64,000 nucleotides of DNA from Bacillota bacterium (lineage in GTDB: Bacteria; Bacillota; Clostridia; Christensenellales; UMGS416), in NCBI GenBank assembly GCA_023422005.1, contig JAEZSC010000076.1, positions 5,282 to 69,281 of the forward strand, in the 5' to 3' direction. A model generated the notes under the pieces. It saw only the letters and a list, made by a program, of their open reading frames with translations. It was not told the DNA's origin and ran no database searches. The position numbers and the translations under genes were made by a program. Below, piece after piece: positions 54,978 through 62,028 of the stretch (within the stretch, counting starts at the first letter, position 1; every line of letters begins with the position of its first letter).

Positions 54978-55784
54978 TCATGGATATATTGTACAGACGC
55001 TTTGGTCTCGTTCCTTTGATAGCCTTTGCCGCCAGTGGGCGGGCGAAGCGCCGGTGTGCCGTCGGAACAGCCGGCTGAAGTAGTAGGGGTCCTGAAAGCC
55101 GCACAGCGCGCTTACCCGGGCCACGCTGGCGCCGCTGCGGTTGTGGGACAGCAGCTGCATGGCGTGGGCCATCCGCAGCCTGGTCAGGTATTCGTGGGGC
55201 GTCTCCCCGGTTTGGAGCTTGAAGATGCGCCGCAGATAGCCCATGGACAGGCCCAGTGGTGCAAGCGCCTGTTCCAGCTGGAATTCAGGGTTGGACAGGT
55301 TGTGGATCAGTACAGCCTTGACGCGCTCCACCGGCACGCTGCGCCCTTCCCCGGGCAGCAGCGCGACGAGCAGGCTCCGGATGGCGTCCAGCAGATGCTG
55401 GCACAGCATGTCGGCCCCTGGCCGGCGCAGGTGCGCCTCCTCGTACAAGACGCTCAGAAGCTTCTCCAGGCTGCCGGTCGGCGTGTCTTGCAGCACCAGC
55501 GGGTATGGCGGAAAATCCATGTTCTTGAGTGCCAGATGAAAATTGCGAAAGCCGGCGTCGGCCAGCTCCTCATGGCCGCAGCCCGGCGGAATCAGCGCCA
55601 CAGTGCCTCGCTCGAAGGATGTTTTAGCGGTGCCCAGCATCAGCACGCCGCTGCCCTCGATGTAGCACACGACTTCCCAGTAATCCAGATGGGCATGCAC
55701 CGGGAAATGGACGATTCTTTCGGTGATCATGCCGATGCCGATCAGGTTGTTCATACGCACCACCAGAAGCAATTTTAGTTTCAT
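54978..55784 (-). CDS. AraC family transcriptional regulator (cupin + HTH)
   Basis: The cupin region contains HAHLDYWEVV and PPGCGHEE, and the C-terminus is an HTH. The start is uncertain: 55784 has no SD, and 55754 is preceded by GGTGG. Confidence 0.8.
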   Translation of the reverse strand: MKLKLLLVVRMNNLIGIGMITERIVHFPVHAHLDYWEVVCYIEGSGVLMLGTAKTSFERGTVALIPPGCGHEELADAGFRNFHLALKNMDFPPYPLVLQDTPTGSLEKLLSVLYEEAHLRRPGADMLCQHLLDAIRSLLVALLPGEGRSVPVERVKAVLIHNLSNPEFQLEQALAPLGLSMGYLRRIFKLQTGETPHEYLTRLRMAHAMQLLSHNRSGASVARVSALCGFQDPYYFSRLFRRHTGASPAHWRQRLSKERDQSVCTIYP

Positions 55785-55890
55785 AGGTTCGTTTTGTCCA
55801 TCTATATATCCATATCGTCAATTCTATATTTCTCTGCCGTTGTTATACTTTGCTTGGGTATATCTCCAACAACCTACAAGGAGGCTCAGG

Positions 55891-56958
55891 ATGGACCTGC
55901 AGTTTAAACGGATCAAGATCGACGGCGGCGCTTTTGAGGCGGCCAGCGCCTTCGATGTGGACGGCGACGGCGTGCTGGACATCGTATGCGGCGGCTATTG
56001 GTACAAAGGCCCGGACTTCAATGAAAAGATCAAGATGTGCGATGTGATGCCAGAGGGGGAGTACTTTGACGACTTCTGCGACTACGGTATGGACGTGAAC
56101 GGCGACGGCCGTACCGACGTAATCACCGGCGGGTGGTTCGGCCAGACGCTGCGCTGGCGGGAGAACCCCGGCGACAAGGGTTTGTGGACGGTGCATGACA
56201 TCGACCGCTGCGGATGCATCGAAACCATCCGTTTTTACGACATCGACGGCTGCGGCACGGTGGAAATTTTCCCCAATACGCCCAACGAGCCCCAGGCTTT
56301 CTATAAGCACATCAAGGACGCCGACGGCCGCGGAGCAGGCCGATTCCAGAAGTTTGTGATTTCCCAGGGCTCCTCGGGCCACGGCATGGGCTTTGGCGAC
56401 ATCGACGGCGATGGAGAGATCGAAATCATACTGTGCAACGGCTATCTGAAGCGCGGGTGCAGCGTTTATGAGCCTTGGAACTTCGTTCACAGCTATGACC
56501 AGCCCATGGCCAGCGTGCCCATGCTCGTGCATGATGTGGATGGCGACGGCACCGCCGACATCATCGCCGCCAACGCCCACAACTATGGCCTGTATTGGCT
56601 GCAGCAGCGGCCCGACGGCACCTTCGCCAAGCACGACATCGATACGGAAAATGCCCAGTACCACGACATGCAGCTGGCCGACATCGACAACGACGGCCAA
56701 CTGGAGCTCGTGACCGGCAAACGCTACCGCGCCCACTGCGGCAACGATCCGGGGGACAATGACCCGGTGCAGACGTGCTATTTCAAGATCCGCGACGGTA
56801 AATTCGAGAAGCACGTGATCGACGCCGGCCCAGCGCAGGAGCATTCCGGCGTGGGCATCTATTTCTGGCTGGCGGACCTCAATGGCAACGGCTGGCTGGA
56901 CATCGTCGCCCCGGGCAAGGAGGGGCTGTACCTGTTCCGCAACCTGGGTATGCGGTAG
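55891..56958 (+). CDS. FG-GAP/VCBS-repeat seven-bladed beta-propeller protein, cytoplasmic
   Basis: Seven DxDxDG-type repeats are present: DVDGDGVLD, DVNGDGRTD, DIDGCGTVE, DIDGDGEIE, DVDGDGTAD, DIDNDGQLE and DLNGNGWLD. An AGGAGG SD precedes ATG 55891, and there is no signal peptide. Confidence 0.75.
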   Translation: MDLQFKRIKIDGGAFEAASAFDVDGDGVLDIVCGGYWYKGPDFNEKIKMCDVMPEGEYFDDFCDYGMDVNGDGRTDVITGGWFGQTLRWRENPGDKGLWTVHDIDRCGCIETIRFYDIDGCGTVEIFPNTPNEPQAFYKHIKDADGRGAGRFQKFVISQGSSGHGMGFGDIDGDGEIEIILCNGYLKRGCSVYEPWNFVHSYDQPMASVPMLVHDVDGDGTADIIAANAHNYGLYWLQQRPDGTFAKHDIDTENAQYHDMQLADIDNDGQLELVTGKRYRAHCGNDPGDNDPVQTCYFKIRDGKFEKHVIDAGPAQEHSGVGIYFWLADLNGNGWLDIVAPGKEGLYLFRNLGMR

Positions 56959-56979
56959 CGGCGAAGGGGAGGAAGACGT

Positions 56980-58020
56980 ATGGACAAAGTCAGACTGGGT
57001 TTCGTCGGAGTGGGCTACATGGGCCAGAACGCCCACCTGAAGAACTACGCCGCGCTGCCGGATTGCGAGATCGCCGCCATCGCCGAGCCCCGGCAGCAGA
57101 CCGCCGAGCTGGTGGCCCGGCGCTACGGCGTGCCCCATGTGTACCGAGACCACCGCGAAATGCTGGCCCACGAAAAGTTGGACGCCCTGGTGGCCGCCCA
57201 ACCCTACCGCGCCCACGCGGCGCTGCTGCCCGAGCTCTACGCCTCGGGGCTGCCGCTGTTCACCGAGAAGCCGCTGGCGCTCTCGGTGGAGACCGGGGAG
57301 CGCCTGGCCGCGCTGGCCAAGCGGCACGGCGTGAAGCACATGGTGGGCTACCACAAGCGCTCCGACCCGGCCATGGAGTATGCCCGGGACCTCGTCAGCC
57401 GCTGGAAGGCCGGCGGGGAGTTCGGCCAGATGCGCCTGGTGCGCATCACGATGCCCCCCGGCAACTGGGTGGGCGGCGCCGACATGGCACTTTCCGCCGG
57501 GGACAGCGCCGCCGGCGCCCAGGCCGAGGGCGACGCGCCCTATTTCGACAGCGCAGCAGCCCGCCAATATGATACCTTCGTCAACTACTACATCCACCAG
57601 ATCAACGCCATGCGCTTTCTGTTGGGTGAGCCCTACGAGGTCACCTACGCGGAGGATACCCAGGTCTTGCTGGCGGCCCGCAGTGCGTCGGGTGTGGCCG
57701 GCGTCATCGAGATGGAGCCCTGGGCTAACAGCGTGGACTGGATGGAGAGTTGCCTTGTGGGCTTCCAGAAGGGTTTCATCCGCGTGGACCTGCCCGCGCC
57801 GCTGGCCAGCCAGAGCTGTGGCCGCGTTACCGTGATGGAGGACCGCGGCGGTACGCCGATCACGTGGAGCCCGTCTTTGCCGCCGGTGCACGCCATGCGC
57901 AACCAGGCCAAAAACTTCCTTGCCATGGTGCGCGGCGAGAAGGAAGCCCCGTGCTATGCCGACGAGGCCGCCCAGGACTTGGCCATGGCTACGCAGTACA
58001 TCCGCCTTCTGAACCGGTAA
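56980..58020 (+). CDS. Gfo/Idh/MocA family oxidoreductase
   Basis: The product starts MDKVRLGFVGVGYMGQNAH and contains EKPLA. An AAGGGGAGGA SD is present. Confidence 0.85.
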   Translation: MDKVRLGFVGVGYMGQNAHLKNYAALPDCEIAAIAEPRQQTAELVARRYGVPHVYRDHREMLAHEKLDALVAAQPYRAHAALLPELYASGLPLFTEKPLALSVETGERLAALAKRHGVKHMVGYHKRSDPAMEYARDLVSRWKAGGEFGQMRLVRITMPPGNWVGGADMALSAGDSAAGAQAEGDAPYFDSAAARQYDTFVNYYIHQINAMRFLLGEPYEVTYAEDTQVLLAARSASGVAGVIEMEPWANSVDWMESCLVGFQKGFIRVDLPAPLASQSCGRVTVMEDRGGTPITWSPSLPPVHAMRNQAKNFLAMVRGEKEAPCYADEAAQDLAMATQYIRLLNR

Positions 58021-58043
58021 AAGGCGTACAGGAATCAAAAAGC

Positions 58044-58070
58044 GGCGGGCAGAGCCAGTCTCTGCCCGCC
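58044..58070. terminator. 11-bp GC hairpin after the oxidoreductase gene (A-run upstream, so possibly bidirectional)
   Basis: The hairpin is GGCGGGCAGAG-ccagt-CTCTGCCCGCC. Confidence 0.4.
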
Positions 58071-58071
58071 G

Positions 58072-58101
58072 TTGCGTTGCATACGCTTTCCGACTTATAA
58101 T
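58072..58101 (+). promoter_or_regulatory. Candidate promoter of xth
   Basis: A perfect -10, TATAAT, lies at 58096..58101. The -35-like TTGCGT lies at 58072..58077, with an 18-nt spacer. Confidence 0.35.
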
Positions 58102-58136
58102 ATGCATATCCGACACCAAACGCGGAGGGTATGCCG

Positions 58137-58889
58137 ATGAAGCTGATCACATGGAATGTCAACGGCCTGCGCGCCTGCCTCAACAAGGGTTTCCAAAAGG
58201 TATTCGACGAGGCCCAGGCCGACATCTTCTGCCTGCAGGAGACCAAGATGCAGCCGGGGCAGGCCGAAGTCGCCGCAGAGGGTTATTGGCAGTTCTGGAA
58301 CAGCGCCGTCAAGAAGGGCTATTCCGGCACGGCGGTGTTCACCCGCGTGGAGCCGCTGAACGTGACCTATGGCATTGGCCTGGAGCAGCACGGCGACGAG
58401 GGCCGGGCGCTGACGCTGGAGTTCGAGCGCTTCTTCCTGGTGAACTGCTACACGCCCAACGCCCAGAACGGCCTGGCGCGCCTGCCCTACCGCATGCAGT
58501 GGGAGGACGATTTTCGCGGCTACCTGATGGCGCTGGATGCCAAAAAGCCCGTGATCCTGTGCGGCGACCTGAACGTGGCCCACAACGAGATCGACATCAA
58601 GAACGCCAAGGCCAACATCGGCAACGCCGGCTTCTCCTATGAGGAGCGGGCCAAGTTCACGGAGCTTCTGGCCAGCGGCTTTATCGATTCCTTCCGCACG
58701 CTGTACCCCGACCGCGTGGGCGCATACACATGGTGGAGCTACATGTTCAACGCCCGCGCCAACAACACCGGCTGGCGTATCGACTACTTTGTGATCAGCG
58801 AACGCCTGAAGTCGGAGTTGAAGGATTGCATCCTGCATCCGGAGATTTTCGGCAGCGACCACTGCCCGGTGGAGCTGCAGATTTTCTGA
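58137..58889 (+). CDS. xth: Exodeoxyribonuclease III (AP endonuclease)
   Basis: The product starts MKLITWNVNGLRA and contains CLQETK, the motif DLNVAHNEIDI and a C-terminal SDHCPV. ATG 58137 has better SD spacing than ATG 58131. Confidence 0.9.
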   Translation: MKLITWNVNGLRACLNKGFQKVFDEAQADIFCLQETKMQPGQAEVAAEGYWQFWNSAVKKGYSGTAVFTRVEPLNVTYGIGLEQHGDEGRALTLEFERFFLVNCYTPNAQNGLARLPYRMQWEDDFRGYLMALDAKKPVILCGDLNVAHNEIDIKNAKANIGNAGFSYEERAKFTELLASGFIDSFRTLYPDRVGAYTWWSYMFNARANNTGWRIDYFVISERLKSELKDCILHPEIFGSDHCPVELQIF

Positions 58890-58934
58890 GCACCCACCAA
58901 AAGAGTGGCGGATGAAGCCCAGCCCGTCGTATGA

Positions 58935-58977
58935 ATGGCCCCTGTGCATTGCCGTGCACCGGGCCATTTTTCTTTTG
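58935..58977 (+). terminator. Rho-independent terminator of xth
   Basis: The stem is ATGGCCC...GGGCCAT, followed by TTTTTCTTTT. Confidence 0.6.
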
Positions 58978-59145
58978 TTGCAGGGGCACATCGCCGAACA
59001 TCTGTAAGTGAAACCATCAGGCGCTGTATTTCATCGACACATACGGCGACGAGCAGTTCGTCCACCCCCAGGGCGTGTTGGGCTTTGGCTTGATATCGAA
59101 TGGCTTGGCTCTGACCAGCGGCGCGATAAAACGTTAACAATTTAA

Positions 59146-59174
59146 TTGATAATTAACGCCATATATGCTAGACT
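59146..59174 (+). promoter_or_regulatory. Candidate promoter of the ABC-DUF1854-ABC cassette
   Basis: The -35 is TTGATA at 59146..59151, followed by a 17-nt spacer. The -10 is TAGACT at 59169..59174, in an AT-rich patch. Confidence 0.3.
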
Positions 59175-59240
59175 GCTATCGGTTTAGTGAACCAATGCCT
59201 GTAAGCATCCACAACAGGGTATTCAATAGGAGTTCACGTT

Positions 59241-61505
59241 TTGAATACGGTTAATTTTCCGCAACACATCAAGGACGCATTCGCGGCCCGCGGCGTGGAC
59301 GCCGGCGGCTTGATCGCCGCGGCCCGGGGAGATGGCAACGCTGCCCTGGAGCCCTGCGACTGCTGGGTGACCTTCGACGCGCAGAACCTGTATCTGCTCT
59401 CCGGGCTGGAGAGCGTGAAGCGGGTGAAGGGCGCCAAGCGTCTGACGGCGGAATTTAAGGCCCAGGGTTTTGAAAGCCTGCCCATGAAGGGCCTGGGCAA
59501 GCTGTCGGTGGAGCGCATGCTTTCCACCGCGCGGCTGATCGCCGAGAAGGACGGCGTATGCCGGGAGCTGGCGCGCTTCTCTCTGGGTGTGGCCGGCCGT
59601 ATGGACACGCTGGCCCGGCAGTTCAACGATCACGCCTCCGGCGAGAAGAAGGAATCCGAAGCTCTGCCCGAGGAGGAACTGTTCTGCACCAAGTGCGGCA
59701 CCCGCTACCCAGAGCCCGAGCGCAAAATCTGCCCGAAATGCCTGAACAAGTTTTCGTTGACCGGCCGCCTGCTGTCCTTCTTCCGCTATTACAAGTGGAA
59801 GGTGCTGCTGATCCTGGTGCTGATCCTGCTGAGCGCGGCCTTCGGCGTGGTGTCGCCCTTCATCGGCACCAAGATGCTCTTCGACAGCGTGCTGACGCCC
59901 GGCGGCCTGTATTTCGGCATGCTGCTGCCTATGATATTGTTGCTGGTGGCCATCCGCCTTTCCGGCATCGGGCTAAGCATCCTCTACGGCCGCACCGTGG
60001 CCGGCATCATGCCCTGGGTCGTCTATGACCTCAAGGTGCGCATCTTCACCGCCATGCAGAAGCTTTCCATGGGCTTCTATACCAGCAAGCAGACGGGGTC
60101 GCTGATGAACCGCGTGAACCAGGACGCTGACAACATCTACTGGTTCTTCGTGGACGGTGTTCCCTATACGATCGTCAACGTGCTGTCCTGCCTGGGCGTG
60201 CTGGGCTTTATGCTGTATATGGATTGGCAGCTGGCCTTGGTCGTCGTCGCCACGGTGCCCGTGATCATCGTAACCTTCCGCTTCCTGTGGGCGCTGTTTC
60301 GCAAGCTGCACCACGTGCTGTGGGTGCGGGGCGCCAACCTTTCTGCGCTGGTCAGCGACGCGCTCAACGGCCAGCGCGTCATCAAGGCCTTCTCCAAGGA
60401 GGAAGAGGAGTCCTCGCGCTTCGGCGGCTTAAGCCTGGGCGTAAACCAGGCCGAGGTCAAGCTGTTCAACGCCGAGTTCACGGCCTTTCCCCTCATCAAG
60501 CTCGTGACCATCGTGGGCGAGGTGCTCGTGCTGGCGCTGGGCGGCATCAAGGTGATACAGGGCCACATGACCGTGGGAACGCTGCTGGCCTTCATCGCCT
60601 ATATGGGCATGCTGTACGGCCCGCTGGATTTCCTGTCCTGGGTGTCCAACTGGTGGTCCCGGTGCATCGACTCGGCCCAGCGCGTGTTCGAAATCATGGA
60701 TTCCCGGCCCGACGTGGCCGAAAGCGAACGGCCGGTGCGCCTGGAGAACATCCGCGGCGATATCGAGGTCACCGACGCCTACTTCGAGTATGAGGCCGGA
60801 AGACCGGTGATCCGCAACGCCTCCATGCGGGTGAAAGCCGGGCAGATGCTGGGCATTGTGGGCAAATCCGGCGCGGGCAAGAGCACCATCGTAAACCTGA
60901 TGGCCAGGTTGTACGACGTCAAGGAAGGCAGCATTGCCGTGGATGGCATACCCATCAAGGACATCGCCGTGGAGGACCTGCGCCGCTCCATCGGCATCGT
61001 GTCCCAGGAGATGTATCTTTTCATGGGCACCATCGCCGACAACATACGCTATGCTCGCACCGACGCGCCCATGGAGGACGTGATCGCCGCGGCCAAGGCC
61101 GCCAGCGCCCACGATTTCATCATCAAGCTGCCCGACGGCTATGACACCCGAATCGGCTCCGGCGCGCAGGACCTGTCCGGCGGGGAGAAGCAGCGCCTGT
61201 CCATCGCGCGGGCCATCATACAGAACCCGAGGATCCTGATACTGGACGAGGCCACAGCGTCCATGGACACCGAGACCGAGCGCAGCATACAAAACGCCCT
61301 GGGGAAGCTCAAAGCCGGGCGCACGACGATCTCCATCGCCCACCGGCTGTCCACGCTGCGCGACGCCGACATGCTGGCCGTTATCGACGGCGGCAAGGTT
61401 GTGGAGTACGGCACCCACGCGGAGCTGATCCAGAAAAAGGGCGAGTATTACAACCTGTTCAGGCTGCAAAGCGAAGCATTGAAGCTGATAGGAGTGGGGG
61501 ATTGA
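59241..61505 (+). CDS. ABC exporter (TMD+NBD half-transporter) with a ~170-aa N-terminal soluble domain and zinc ribbon
   Basis: The start is TTG 59241, 8 nt after AGGAG. A CxxC-x11-CxxC ribbon spans 59685..59741 (CTKC...CPKC). The protein has 6 TM segments, Walker A GKSGAGKST, the LSGGEKQR signature and the ILILDEAT Walker B. Confidence 0.9.
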   Translation: MNTVNFPQHIKDAFAARGVDAGGLIAAARGDGNAALEPCDCWVTFDAQNLYLLSGLESVKRVKGAKRLTAEFKAQGFESLPMKGLGKLSVERMLSTARLIAEKDGVCRELARFSLGVAGRMDTLARQFNDHASGEKKESEALPEEELFCTKCGTRYPEPERKICPKCLNKFSLTGRLLSFFRYYKWKVLLILVLILLSAAFGVVSPFIGTKMLFDSVLTPGGLYFGMLLPMILLLVAIRLSGIGLSILYGRTVAGIMPWVVYDLKVRIFTAMQKLSMGFYTSKQTGSLMNRVNQDADNIYWFFVDGVPYTIVNVLSCLGVLGFMLYMDWQLALVVVATVPVIIVTFRFLWALFRKLHHVLWVRGANLSALVSDALNGQRVIKAFSKEEEESSRFGGLSLGVNQAEVKLFNAEFTAFPLIKLVTIVGEVLVLALGGIKVIQGHMTVGTLLAFIAYMGMLYGPLDFLSWVSNWWSRCIDSAQRVFEIMDSRPDVAESERPVRLENIRGDIEVTDAYFEYEAGRPVIRNASMRVKAGQMLGIVGKSGAGKSTIVNLMARLYDVKEGSIAVDGIPIKDIAVEDLRRSIGIVSQEMYLFMGTIADNIRYARTDAPMEDVIAAAKAASAHDFIIKLPDGYDTRIGSGAQDLSGGEKQRLSIARAIIQNPRILILDEATASMDTETERSIQNALGKLKAGRTTISIAHRLSTLRDADMLAVIDGGKVVEYGTHAELIQKKGEYYNLFRLQSEALKLIGVGD

Positions 61506-61506
61506 T

Positions 61507-62019
61507 ATGGCCAGCGAACTGTGCAACGTTGCGGATATCACGTTTATAGAGCCGGAAAAGGCCCGTTTTTATGTGCTGGACAACGACTTCCTGGGTCTGG
61601 AATACGACGGCTGCGACAAAAAGCGCGTAAGCCTGCACCGGGCGCTGCCGGTGCACAGCCCCGGCGAATACATCTGCGTGCTGGATGCCGAGGCCAAGGA
61701 GATCGGCATCATCCGCACGATATCCGCTTATGCCGAGGAGCAAGCCGAGCTGCTCAACCGCGAGCTGGGCCTGCGCTACTACACGCCGGTGGTCAGTAAG
61801 ATCGTCTCCTCCAAGGAGAAGATGGGATACGTGTACTTTGACCTGCTGACCTCCGCCGGCAAGAAGAGCATCGCCGTAAAGGATGTGAGCAAGAGCATCC
61901 GCCGCCTGGACGACCAACGCATCCTGATACTGGATGTGGATGGCAACCGCTACATGATTCAGGACTGCATGGCGCTGGACCGCTCCAGCATGAAGTGCAT
62001 CGAATCCTATCTCTTCTAG
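61507..62019 (+). CDS. DUF1854 domain protein
   Basis: The ATG lies 1 nt after the ABC stop. The pattern LHRALP...PGEYICVLD...EIGIIR ... RYYTP.V.KI.S.KE..GY.YF ... DVDGNRY.I matches DUF1854 as I remember it. Confidence 0.7.
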   Translation: MASELCNVADITFIEPEKARFYVLDNDFLGLEYDGCDKKRVSLHRALPVHSPGEYICVLDAEAKEIGIIRTISAYAEEQAELLNRELGLRYYTPVVSKIVSSKEKMGYVYFDLLTSAGKKSIAVKDVSKSIRRLDDQRILILDVDGNRYMIQDCMALDRSSMKCIESYLF

Positions 62020-62028
62020 GGAGGAACG

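Noticed and set aside
55843-58119. A 758-aa minus-strand ORF.
   Set aside because: It is antisense to the FG-GAP propeller and Gfo/Idh/MocA genes. It has no motifs or SD, and its composition is typical of shadow frames.
58784-59140. A 118-aa minus-strand ORF spanning the xth 3' end and the intergenic region.
   Set aside because: It runs through the xth terminator and coding end and has no SD. The plus-strand reading of part of this region looks more protein-like, as described in the remnant finding.
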